Positions 7,910 through 16,051 of a DNA stretch of 17,374 nucleotides are shown here, one piece after another. The first letter of the stretch is position 1. Each line of letters begins with the position of its first letter. Source of the DNA: Infirmifilum sp. (GTDB lineage: Archaea > Thermoproteota > Thermoprotei > Thermofilales > Thermofilaceae). The stretch is from assembly GCA_041287245.1 (NCBI GenBank), contig JBEULP010000114.1, positions 1 to 17,374 of the forward strand. Reading direction: 5' to 3'. The position numbers and the translations under genes are program-made. Under the pieces are notes generated by a model, which was given only the letters and a program-made list of their open reading frames with translations, had not been told where the DNA came from and ran no database searches.

Positions 7910-8098
7910 ATGTCTGAGGCACAGTCAGGTTGGCTTCAACTGGTATTGGCGTGGTTTGTAGGGTTTGCCGCCGGGGTTGGAGCGGCTTGGGTACTCTCCC
8001 GTAGGAAGAGGATCAGCATTATCTACGCGCCACCGGTCGAGCTGGCGCCCGCGGGGTATGAGCAGGTCGACATTTATGCTGGGAGGTGGGGTGGATGA
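7910..8098 (+). CDS. Small single-pass membrane protein
   Basis: WLQLVLAWFVGFAAGVGAAWVL followed by SRRKR; TATA-like CTTATATT at 7877; ATGA overlap with next gene. Confidence 0.7.
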   Translation: MSEAQSGWLQLVLAWFVGFAAGVGAAWVLSRRKRISIIYAPPVELAPAGYEQVDIYAGRWGG

Positions 8099-8808
8099 GT
8101 AGTAAAGAGGTAGTTGATGAGGACGTCTTGAAGGGTATAGCCGCGGTAGTACTCGACGCTGTGAACTCGGAACTCGCCAAGGTGCTGACACCGCTTGAGC
8201 GTCGCGTCCAGGAGCTACAGCAACGTCAGGACAAGCTTGCGGCCGAGCTTGCCTCCGTCAGGGAGGCGACTGCAAAGGTCGCGATGGACACGGCGGCCGA
8301 GTTCGTCAAACAGGTCGTCCAGGCGGCGATAAAGGGTAGCGAGGAGAGCATGAAGGGACGCATCGAAGTAGCCACGGAGCCTGTGATCTCAAGGCTGAAC
8401 GCCTTGGAGTCCAGGATAAACAACATCGAACACCTCCTAGAGTCTGCAGGACGGGATCTAGGGGAGGCTGTTGCCGCCGCTACGGCCGAGGTTCAAAAGG
8501 CTGGCGAGGAGGCTGTGAAGCGCATCGAGGAGAGCGCCGCCGCGGTGTCTGGGTATAAACAGGATCTAGAGAAGATTTTACGCACGGTCGAGTCGATGAA
8601 GCTCGCCTTGGATGGTATAGTGAAGGCACAGGCGAGGATGGCTACGAAGGAAGACCTCGCGCAAATCACCCAGTTGAGGAATAGCATCTACGAGCTTATG
8701 ACCTCGATGGACGCGCTCCGACGCCGCCTGGAGGCGCTTGAGAAACAGGTAAGCCGTAGGCGTGGCGGAGGCGGTGAGGAAGAGGAGGGAGGAGAGGTAG
8801 AGATGTAG
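8095..8808 (+). CDS. Long coiled-coil protein
   Basis: Continuous heptad pattern, acidic Gly/Glu tail; ATG 8095 after GGAGGTGGGGTGG. Confidence 0.8.
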   Translation: MSSKEVVDEDVLKGIAAVVLDAVNSELAKVLTPLERRVQELQQRQDKLAAELASVREATAKVAMDTAAEFVKQVVQAAIKGSEESMKGRIEVATEPVISRLNALESRINNIEHLLESAGRDLGEAVAAATAEVQKAGEEAVKRIEESAAAVSGYKQDLEKILRTVESMKLALDGIVKAQARMATKEDLAQITQLRNSIYELMTSMDALRRRLEALEKQVSRRRGGGGEEEEGGEVEM

Positions 8809-8818
8809 GTGAGACCCA

Positions 8819-9775
8819 GTGGGCTACGTGCTCCATCTGACGCCAGAGGACATTATAGCCAGGGCTAGGGCCCAGCTCACTGCTAAGCAGTTACCCTCGG
8901 TTATTCTGAGGCCAGCTGGAACCGGTAGCTCTCTCTACGGGGTCTTCGTTAAGGTCGAGGGCATCGGCATTATCGGGCAGTACATTGGCCACATCGAGTA
9001 CACAGTCTCAGGCCCCGACGGCCCCGAGGAGATGTGGGAGATAACATATGGCTACACCGAGCTGTTCGCACGCATCGACTCGGCCAGCGCCACAGTGTTC
9101 ATACCGGTCGCCTTCGGCGCGATGAGTAAGACCGCCCGGCGGCTCATCGAGGCTGAGAGGCCCCCGCTTTACGAGCACAAGGAGGTGCGTGGCTCGATCA
9201 CCGTGCCGAAACGCGCACTCGTAAACCTTGACGACGTGATGGCCGGCCGGGACTTCGTGCTCCGCGTCGACCCCTACGGCGTCACAGTCCCCACCGACAT
9301 ACGAGAGCGCGCGGCCGAGCTTGGCAGGCAACTCGAAGTGGTGCGCCGGGCCTACACCCTGCTACAGAGGGAGTACGAGCGGGAACGCTCCAGGCGGGAG
9401 GTAGCCGAGGCACAGCTCGCCAGCCTACTCTCAGTCCACGAGGAGCTTAAAGGCAGGCTCGCCACGACCGAGGCCACCGTTAGGAGCGCGGAGACCATGC
9501 TACTTGACATGCGCTCACGGATCTCAGCCCTCTCCACAAGGGTCGCGACTGAACGCGAACTGAGAGAACAGCTGGCCAGCATCACAGAGGATCTCGCCGC
9601 CTCCATCGAGACCGCCCGTAAGGCCCTCGCCGCCGCCAGGACGCTGATATCGGAGGCCGTGGAGGCGGTGGGGCAACAGCCCGAGGAGAAGCCTGAGGAG
9701 AAAGAGGAGAAAGGGAAGCCGCCACCACCACAGGAGGAGAAGCCTGAGGAGAGAGAGGAGGGTGAGGCGAAGTGA
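8819..9775 (+). CDS. Protein with beta-rich N-terminal domain, long coiled coil and acidic Pro-rich tail
   Basis: 318 aa; RBS AGGTGA; tail PEEKPEEKEEKGKPPPPQEEKPEE. Confidence 0.8.
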   Translation: MGYVLHLTPEDIIARARAQLTAKQLPSVILRPAGTGSSLYGVFVKVEGIGIIGQYIGHIEYTVSGPDGPEEMWEITYGYTELFARIDSASATVFIPVAFGAMSKTARRLIEAERPPLYEHKEVRGSITVPKRALVNLDDVMAGRDFVLRVDPYGVTVPTDIRERAAELGRQLEVVRRAYTLLQREYERERSRREVAEAQLASLLSVHEELKGRLATTEATVRSAETMLLDMRSRISALSTRVATERELREQLASITEDLAASIETARKALAAARTLISEAVEAVGQQPEEKPEEKEEKGKPPPPQEEKPEEREEGEAK

Positions 9776-10377
9776 GTGAGAGCAGGAGGCTTAGCGACCT
9801 CTCTCTCTTCGAGCTTTACACGCTACTCGTAAAGGAGTTCGCCACCGGTGGCGACGACCCGCTCGCCAGGGAGCGCATGTCACGGATAGCAGGTGAGATG
9901 ATCCTTAAGGTGCTACAGCTACAGCCCTCCGTTCCAGAGGGCAACCCCAGGCTTACACAGACGTTTCTAGCGAGGTTCTCCGAGGCGGTCTCCGGCCTCG
10001 TCTCATCGCTCACACACCTCCAAGTCGACCTGGAGAGCGCTACTAGGAGGGTGGTCAGGGAGAGGATCTCGGAGATTGGCGCACAGCTGGGAGTACTCGC
10101 CACGCTATCCAAAGCCCCCGTCAAAGCCCCGCTGGGAGGCCTCGCATCACGCGTCGACGTCAGTAGCCTCGCACAACAGCTGGGAGGCACGCCCGCCAGG
10201 GTCTACAGCTACGTCATAACCGTCGGCAGGGCCTCATCCCGTATGCTCTCACAGTGGGCCTCCGCGCTCAACATCCCCCTGGAGGAGCTTGAGGCGTCTC
10301 TGACGGAGCTTGTAAGCCGTGGCCTGCTCAGGGTGGAGGCTAGGGGTGGAGAGCTAGAGTATATCCCAGGTGAGTAA
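9772..10377 (+). CDS. Helical protein with C-terminal winged-helix domain
   Basis: C-terminus ARVYSYVITVGRASSRMLSQW...LEELEASLTELVSRGLLRVEARGGELEY fits a wHTH; GTGA overlap. Confidence 0.75.
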   Translation: MSESRRLSDLSLFELYTLLVKEFATGGDDPLARERMSRIAGEMILKVLQLQPSVPEGNPRLTQTFLARFSEAVSGLVSSLTHLQVDLESATRRVVRERISEIGAQLGVLATLSKAPVKAPLGGLASRVDVSSLAQQLGGTPARVYSYVITVGRASSRMLSQWASALNIPLEELEASLTELVSRGLLRVEARGGELEYIPGE

Positions 10378-10711
10378 CGTGATCGAGATAGAGCTGTACC
10401 TCCTAGAGGGTTGTCCACACTGTGAACGTATGACACGCATCATCGAGACCTGTGACGCCCTCCTAGCCGAAGGCGTCAGGTTCAAGGTGTTCGAGTCTAT
10501 CACAGGCCCCCTCATCAGGGGCTTCACAGGCTCCCCGCCGATGGCGAAGTTCGGCATCAACGCGGTGCCCCAGGTCGTGATACGTGCGCGCCACGGCTCA
10601 AGGACGGCTGAGATAGTCCTCATCGGGGGGCCGGGTGACGCGGACAGGAGGGATGTCTGCCAGGCGCTTGTAGACGCCGCCCGTACGCTCAAGGCGGCTG
10701 TGGAACGTTAA
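10370..10711 (+). CDS. Thioredoxin/glutaredoxin-fold protein
   Basis: IELYLLEGCPHCERM active-site motif and cis-Pro loop FGINAVPQVVI. Confidence 0.8.
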   Translation: MSNVIEIELYLLEGCPHCERMTRIIETCDALLAEGVRFKVFESITGPLIRGFTGSPPMAKFGINAVPQVVIRARHGSRTAEIVLIGGPGDADRRDVCQALVDAARTLKAAVER

Positions 10712-10750
10712 GTTTATCCAAGTGAAAGCGGATATGAAGTGTAGAAACAT

Positions 10751-11095
10751 ATGTATGAGTTGCTTGCAGTCGCCACAGGTAGCGCGGGGGCCGGCTACAT
10801 CCTAGGCTGGGCCCTCCGCAAGCTTATAGGCGTCCTGGAAACTGTTGTCGCACTCTACGTGGGTGCCACAGCTGTGCTAGTCTACGTCGGCGTCCTATCC
10901 GTCAACGTATCCGCGCTTACATCCCTTTTATCACGCCTAACCTCCCTCTTCTCAGAATACGCGCCCCAGGTAGCCTCCCTCCTCGCCAGTAGCGCTACGC
11001 TCGGCCCGTTCGCGATCGGCTTCGCCCTCGGCTTCTTCAAGCCCCACGCCACCGCCTCGGAAGGCTCCTTCGACAGCCCCTACCTAGAAGAGTAG
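10751..11095 (+). CDS. FUN14-like membrane protein with C-terminal SPYLEE tag
   Basis: GYILGWALRKL...LVYVGVLSVN...GPFAIGFALGF pattern matches my recollection of archaeal FUN14 proteins; ends FDSPYLEE. Confidence 0.7.
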   Translation: MYELLAVATGSAGAGYILGWALRKLIGVLETVVALYVGATAVLVYVGVLSVNVSALTSLLSRLTSLFSEYAPQVASLLASSATLGPFAIGFALGFFKPHATASEGSFDSPYLEE

Positions 11096-11126
11096 CTTTT
11101 ATTACCGTGTTACGTGTTTTTTCCAC

Positions 11127-11687
11127 GTGACCCGTAAACAGCCCGAGGAATACACCAAGTACTGGTCTATGAGCGCCAGGGTATATGCGGAGCGTAGGGA
11201 GGAGGGGCTGGCCGAGCGGCTCGCAGCCATGGCCGCCAGCACCCACGCGCTCGCCGGCGCGCTTATAGTCGCCAATATTTTCAACGTGTTGCAACTCATC
11301 CCGGAGTTCTGGGACGCGCTCTCACGCTTCTCAGAGATAGCCCTACTCCCGCCCGACGTCATCCGTGCACGGTACCCCGAGTTGTACAACGGCCTCATCC
11401 TAGCCTCCAGCCTCTCCACAACCGCGCATATACTCTTCGAAGTGGCGTACTCCTCGGCTAGGCGTCAGTTCATGCCGGTGTTCACAGGCGTCTGGAGGTT
11501 CGCCTTCGCCGCGTTCTTCGTCTTCGCATTGATCACGAACGCCCTGGCGGCCATCCTCATAAAGACCCCGGCGGCCATCCTCAACACTGCAATCCTAACT
11601 GTTTCAATGCCGTTCGCCTTCAACAGCCGGTACGACCGGATCAGCGAAGAAGTGAACAAGATACGTACGACGGGTGGCGGGGTATGA
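11127..11687 (+). CDS. Multi-pass membrane protein
   Basis: About four hydrophobic segments; GTG about 23 nt after TTTTATTA (11097-11104); ATGA overlap with the CPBP gene. Confidence 0.75.
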   Translation: MTRKQPEEYTKYWSMSARVYAERREEGLAERLAAMAASTHALAGALIVANIFNVLQLIPEFWDALSRFSEIALLPPDVIRARYPELYNGLILASSLSTTAHILFEVAYSSARRQFMPVFTGVWRFAFAAFFVFALITNALAAILIKTPAAILNTAILTVSMPFAFNSRYDRISEEVNKIRTTGGGV

Positions 11688-12310
11688 ACCTACCCGGCCT
11701 GTTAGTGGCAGTAGTCCTCTACTCCATCCTGGCGGCCATTGGCGAGATGATACTCTGGCACAAGTGGAAGTCCCTCACAGAATCAGGAGTGCAACCCGTA
11801 TTCCCCCTCTCAACACGCCACACCATACCCCTCCCCATCGACCGTAAAAGCACCACGGCCGCCGCTGCAGAGGTAGTGGCGCTCTGGCCCGCGGTCGAGG
11901 AGGCTGTTTACCGCATCGTGCCATACCTCGCCGCCGGGCTACCCGGTGCGGTTGCGATGGTGCCGGTCTGGGCCTTCACCCACGCGGCGAAGTTCTACGA
12001 GTATAACAGGCACCTCCCGGACAAGGTGTACATGGACTTCCTCAAGGTTTACCTTGCCTCCCTCTCACTCATAGGCATGGGACTCGCCCTCTCCATACCC
12101 CTCTCCGGAGAGCTGTGGATACCCATACCCCTCCACATGGCCACGAACTACGCGGCCCTCCAGTCGCTCAGACGCCTGGCCGAGCCCCCGAAGAAGCCAC
12201 AATTCCTGAGGCAGACCACGCAACCCCGGAGGCCCAATCAGGGCACAGCGTCACGCCCCGTGTTCAAGTCCGCGGGCGTTGGCAGGGTCAGGACTGAATA
12301 CCTCGACTGA
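11684..12310 (+). CDS. CPBP family (Rce1/Abi, type II CAAX) intramembrane glutamic endopeptidase
   Basis: Motifs PAVEEAVYR (EExxxR), WAFTH (FxxxH-like) and PLHMATN (HxxxN) in a multi-pass membrane protein; ends TEYLD. Confidence 0.85.
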   Translation: MNLPGLLVAVVLYSILAAIGEMILWHKWKSLTESGVQPVFPLSTRHTIPLPIDRKSTTAAAAEVVALWPAVEEAVYRIVPYLAAGLPGAVAMVPVWAFTHAAKFYEYNRHLPDKVYMDFLKVYLASLSLIGMGLALSIPLSGELWIPIPLHMATNYAALQSLRRLAEPPKKPQFLRQTTQPRRPNQGTASRPVFKSAGVGRVRTEYLD

Positions 12311-12356
12311 ACAGGCAAGCTGAACACCTCTAAGGGCCGGGGAGAAAGTCGGAGAT

Positions 12357-12376
12357 AAAAACTTATTAACAAGTTT
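12357..12376 (+). promoter_or_regulatory. BRE/TATA promoter within an inverted repeat
   Basis: AAAACTT-ATTAAC-AAGTTTT; TTATTAA about 25 nt before ATG 12394. Confidence 0.5.
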
Positions 12377-12393
12377 TCCAAATTAGATACTCG

Positions 12394-12801
12394 ATGGCTA
12401 CGGAACAATTAAAAGGGCTTATAATACCACTGGCTCTGATAATCATAACCGCACTACTCTACGCCAGCGGCGTCCCACTCGGCCTCGCGGCGGCAATCGT
12501 GCTCGGAGCCTCCGCAATCGTACTCACAGTCGAGTTCCTCAAAGCTAAGGGAATAATCAACGAATCATCGTATTGGAGCGCTCTACTGCTCGGCGAGGGC
12601 CTGCTCCTCCTCCTCGCCGCTCTCTCCGCTAAAGGCATAATCCCCCTCTCAGTCGCGATAACCGGTGACCCGCTGATCGACGCCTTCATCACCAGCACCA
12701 TCGCGGCTGTGGTAGGTGTCACCGCGGCGTACTTCCTACCGAGGCTCTACGGCAAGGTCACCGGCGAACCAGAGGTGTACAGCAGTCCCTACCTTGAATG
12801 A
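12394..12801 (+). CDS. Four-TM membrane protein with C-terminal SPYLE tag
   Basis: Four hydrophobic segments; ends EVYSSPYLE. Confidence 0.8.
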   Translation: MATEQLKGLIIPLALIIITALLYASGVPLGLAAAIVLGASAIVLTVEFLKAKGIINESSYWSALLLGEGLLLLLAALSAKGIIPLSVAITGDPLIDAFITSTIAAVVGVTAAYFLPRLYGKVTGEPEVYSSPYLE

Positions 12802-12811
12802 GGTGCCCGGG

Positions 12812-13192
12812 TTGCCCCAAGGCACCGGGCTAAAAATTTTTTCTAACGCTTCCCTAGCCCTCCTACTCCTAATAATAGCTGCCTCGCTACTCCCATCCTC
12901 ACCATCCTTCGCGCTACTCCTCGGCCTCATCGCGGTAGACCCCCTCCTCGACGTGTGGCGCTACTCCTCGGGTAAAACACAGCATGGCTTCATAGCGTTT
13001 GTCCTCGAAGTAGCCAGCGCCGCGTCTGCAATGGTGATCATGGCCTTCGCCCTACTCTACCTTACATACACCTACCTCCCCCTAGCCCTCCTACTCATCT
13101 CCATAGCGGCCCTCGACGCATCCATATCCTTCCAAGAGGCCGCTGAGATGTTAATGTCGCCCAGCAGCCCCAGCAGTCCCTATTTGGAGTAA
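12812..13192 (+). CDS. Four-TM membrane protein with C-terminal SPYLE tag
   Basis: Start most likely TTG 12812 (RBS GAGGTG at 12800-12805) or GTG 12803 rather than 12716; ends PSSPSSPYLE. Confidence 0.8.
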   Translation: MPQGTGLKIFSNASLALLLLIIAASLLPSSPSFALLLGLIAVDPLLDVWRYSSGKTQHGFIAFVLEVASAASAMVIMAFALLYLTYTYLPLALLLISIAALDASISFQEAAEMLMSPSSPSSPYLE

Positions 13193-13213
13193 AAAAGGTA
13201 TTTTTTCTCTCTG

Positions 13214-13233
13214 TTATGCACAGCTGTGCATAA
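13214..13233. promoter_or_regulatory. Perfect 20-bp palindrome TTATGCACAGCTGTGCATAA (operator or activator site)
   Basis: Exact self-complementarity; lies after an oligo-T tract and upstream of the BRE/TATA-like GAAAAAATCATTAAG of the subtilisin gene. Confidence 0.65.
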
Positions 13234-13277
13234 AACAAAGCGAAAAAATCATTAAGAACCCAACCCCACTCTTTCTT

Positions 13278-14336
13278 GTGGAATACTGGCAACTCATAAC
13301 AATAGCCCTTGTAGCCCTCATCGCGCTTCTACCCCTATCCACCCCGCCACAGCCACACCTACAGCCCCGCGTCGTCATCATGCCCCTCTACCAGGCGCAA
13401 GGCGCCGTGGCGCTTAGAGACGTCTACGGCGTGAGCAGGTACACCGGCGCCGGCGTCCGCGTAGCCGTGGTAGACACCGGGGTCGACTATACACACCCAG
13501 ACCTCTCCGGGGCCGTAGAAGCGCTTGTAAGCTTCGTCGCAACAACCAAGGACGGCGCCCCGCTCGTATGGTTTGTAGGCGTAAACGGATCCCTAGGCGA
13601 CGCCAGGAGGTTTGACGAGTACGTCAAGTCCCAGGTGGGGTTCTACGCGTGGCTTGACGAGCACGGCCACGGCACCCACGTCGCAGGCATCATAGCCGGC
13701 AACGGAGTGCTTAGCGGGGGGCGCTACGCCGGCCTCGCGCCTAACGCGAAGATCTGGGCCGTGAAGATTCTAGGCGCGCAGGGCGCAGGCTCGATCGATA
13801 CGCTGGTGAAGGCCCTACGCTGGCTCGCGGATCAACCCGTCGACATAGTAAACCTCGCGCTCGGGCTCAACGCGCCGCCCCCGGATAGCCTTAGAGATGC
13901 AGTAGCGCTACTCGCCTCGAAGGGGAAGATCGTGGTCGCGGCAGCCGGTAACAGTGGCGTCATCGGGGCTGTTGAATACCCGGCCAGGTACCCGTCCGTC
14001 ATAGCTGTGGCGGCTGTGGACGCGTCGGGGCTGAGGGCGTCGTTCTCGGCTATGGGGCTCCCCAGCGACTGGAAGCCGGACTTCGCCGCCCTCGGCGTCA
14101 ACGTGGTCAGCACGCTTCCAACGTATCAATGCACGCTTGGAAGAGGCCCCTACGCCGCCCTCTCCGGTACGAGTATGGCGACCGCTGTGGCGAGCGGAAT
14201 CCTTGCACTATGGCTTGAAGCAGTTGGCCCCCAGGCCCGCGACAAGGTATTCCTCGCCGCGTCGGCCTCCATACCTGCTAGCCCCGTGGCGTATAAGACC
14301 CTGGTACTGGGGTACGGGATCCTACTCCCCCCTTAG
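13278..14336 (+). CDS. Subtilisin-like serine protease (peptidase S8) with N-terminal signal/anchor
   Basis: Catalytic triad motifs VAVVDTG, HGHGTHVAG, GTSMAT and oxyanion AAAGNSG; hydrophobic N-terminus. Confidence 0.95.
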   Translation: MEYWQLITIALVALIALLPLSTPPQPHLQPRVVIMPLYQAQGAVALRDVYGVSRYTGAGVRVAVVDTGVDYTHPDLSGAVEALVSFVATTKDGAPLVWFVGVNGSLGDARRFDEYVKSQVGFYAWLDEHGHGTHVAGIIAGNGVLSGGRYAGLAPNAKIWAVKILGAQGAGSIDTLVKALRWLADQPVDIVNLALGLNAPPPDSLRDAVALLASKGKIVVAAAGNSGVIGAVEYPARYPSVIAVAAVDASGLRASFSAMGLPSDWKPDFAALGVNVVSTLPTYQCTLGRGPYAALSGTSMATAVASGILALWLEAVGPQARDKVFLAASASIPASPVAYKTLVLGYGILLPP

Positions 14337-14375
14337 CGCAATGCTTTTATTTATGTGTTTCAACATTTTTCTGTG

Positions 14376-15092
14376 ATGATGAGAAAAATAATACTTGTGA
14401 TAATGGCCCTATTGGCGGTTTTCGTAACCGCCTCCGCGGTTGCCACCCCGCTCACCGTAAATATTAAACTCACAACCCCGTACACCAAATACTACGTCTA
14501 CACGGCCACCACGCTCGCCGCACAGGGCAACATCACCAGCAACACGTTCACCCTCAACTACAACAACACACAGTCCTACCTCGTCAAGGCAGTCGGAAAC
14601 AATACCGTTCTCGTGTTCACCATACCCAGCGGCCTCACCACGACCAGCTTCAACGTGACCACAGTCGCGACGGTTACGTTCAACACCACCTTCCTCGGCA
14701 AGTGGCCGTTCGCCCCCAAGAGCGTCCAGGCACAGGTCGCGCCGAGCGGAGCCCCCTGCAACGCGACGGTAGCCACGTCCGACGTGGTGAACATCGTGCC
14801 CCCTGCAAAAGTCAAGCTCCAGAAGGAAGTCTTCTACCCGGCGATCTACGGCTACAGGCTCTCAGCCATCTACGTCAACGGCGCCACCAGCACCAACCCC
14901 TTCAACGTGACCAGTAGCATAACCTACAGCGTCAAGGCCGAGTACGAGCCCGTAGGGATGGCCGCCATCGACCCGCTTGTAGTCGTGGCGGTGGTCGCGG
15001 CCATAGTGGTATTCGCAATAGTCCTAGCCGCGAAGAAGGGCGGCTCCGCCGCGATGGCTGTTAAGGCGTACAACAGCCCCTACCTCGAGTAA
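14376..15092 (+). CDS. Thr-rich exported surface protein with C-terminal TM anchor and SPYLE tag
   Basis: Signal peptide MRKIILVIMALLAVFVTASAVA, beta-rich body with seven N-x-T sequons, TM helix, KK, tail AYNSPYLE. Confidence 0.85.
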   Translation: MMRKIILVIMALLAVFVTASAVATPLTVNIKLTTPYTKYYVYTATTLAAQGNITSNTFTLNYNNTQSYLVKAVGNNTVLVFTIPSGLTTTSFNVTTVATVTFNTTFLGKWPFAPKSVQAQVAPSGAPCNATVATSDVVNIVPPAKVKLQKEVFYPAIYGYRLSAIYVNGATSTNPFNVTSSITYSVKAEYEPVGMAAIDPLVVVAVVAAIVVFAIVLAAKKGGSAAMAVKAYNSPYLE

Positions 15093-15102
15093 GGTGCACT
15101 TA

Positions 15103-15555
15103 ATGCCACGTCTTTTTCTACTCGTCCCCGCTGAGGTAAAGGAGATACTCGGCAACCTATCAGACCGTATAGACACAGACCCAGTGCTAGGCAAGAAGGT
15201 GAAGGGCACCGGCCTGGAGCTAAGGAAGCTCGCCGAACCCGCCGCGTCAGCGTGCGCCCGTAGCCCCAAGGTGCGCGACAACGTCGACAGGGCCGGCGCG
15301 TGGCTCGCCTGCATGGACGAGGTGCTCGGCAAGGCCGCCGAGCTGTTAAACAAGGGCGTCCCGCTCGAAGACCCCCAGTTCGACGCGGAGGTAGACGGTA
15401 GCAACATCGCCCTACGCCAGGCCGTCAAGCCGTTCTACGACGCGTGTAAAAACAACACAGCCAGGGTTTTACAAGACCCCGAGGAGGACGCGAGGCTCTG
15501 CACAGTCCACGCGTTAACCGCTACGAGGCTACGGCTCAAGGAGCTGTTCTCCTAA
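15103..15555 (+). CDS. Hypothetical helical protein with four Cys
   Basis: ATG 15103 after AAGGTG RBS (GTG 15094 alternative). Confidence 0.7.
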   Translation: MPRLFLLVPAEVKEILGNLSDRIDTDPVLGKKVKGTGLELRKLAEPAASACARSPKVRDNVDRAGAWLACMDEVLGKAAELLNKGVPLEDPQFDAEVDGSNIALRQAVKPFYDACKNNTARVLQDPEEDARLCTVHALTATRLRLKELFS

Positions 15556-15997
15556 CCGCCAGCCTCAACTCCCTAACCGAGAATCCCTCTTTCTCCAACC
15601 CTGAAGCCAGCCTGTAGAGATCCCCGTCATCACGGGCCTCAGCCCTCAAGGCCCACGGCCCGTCAACCTCAGCCTTCACCCCGCACCCCTCCACGGAGAG
15701 GTCGAGGCTGTGCCCAACCCTACTAAACTTGACCCTCACCTTGCCACAGTACTTCTTCAACGCCGCGGCGACACCCCCAGCTGTGAGCAACTCCGCGCCA
15801 AACCCGTAGGCCACCGGGTCGCCCTCCGACCTACCGTCCAGCCACAGGGTCGCCGACCTACCCGGCCCGGCGGCGACGATCAAACAGCCGGCCCCAACCT
15901 CGGCCCATAGCCCCGCCGCCCCCGCTATCTTCAACGCCGACTCCACGGCCGCCCTGCTCGGGGAGCGGGGCCGTAGCAGGTAGACCGTTGAAGCCAC
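15536..15997 (-). CDS. Hypothetical protein
   Basis: 153-aa minus-strand ORF; GTG about 24 nt from minus-strand TTTATATA (16021-16028); fills the gap between + strand genes. Confidence 0.7.
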   Translation of the reverse strand: MASTVYLLRPRSPSRAAVESALKIAGAAGLWAEVGAGCLIVAAGPGRSATLWLDGRSEGDPVAYGFGAELLTAGGVAAALKKYCGKVRVKFSRVGHSLDLSVEGCGVKAEVDGPWALRAEARDDGDLYRLASGLEKEGFSVRELRLAVRRTAP

Positions 15998-16018
15998 AAC
16001 TTATCCCCGTGGACGCTA

Positions 16019-16030
16019 CTTATATAAATT
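16019..16030. promoter_or_regulatory. Bidirectional TATA box
   Basis: CTTATATAAATT roughly equidistant from the minus-strand start at 15997 and the plus-strand ATG at 16052. Confidence 0.6.
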
Positions 16031-16051
16031 CCCCCGGTCGTGAAATTCTTG

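Noticed and set aside
10354..10692. 112-aa minus-strand ORF
   Set aside because: Antisense to the thioredoxin-fold gene, which has clear motifs.
12781..12801. Tag as a proteasome-docking HbYX motif
   Set aside because: HbYX needs Tyr at the penultimate position; here Tyr is third to fifth from the end.
12716..12802. N-terminal extension of the second 4-TM protein given in the track
   Set aside because: Overlaps the upstream gene; a better RBS and start lie at 12800-12814.
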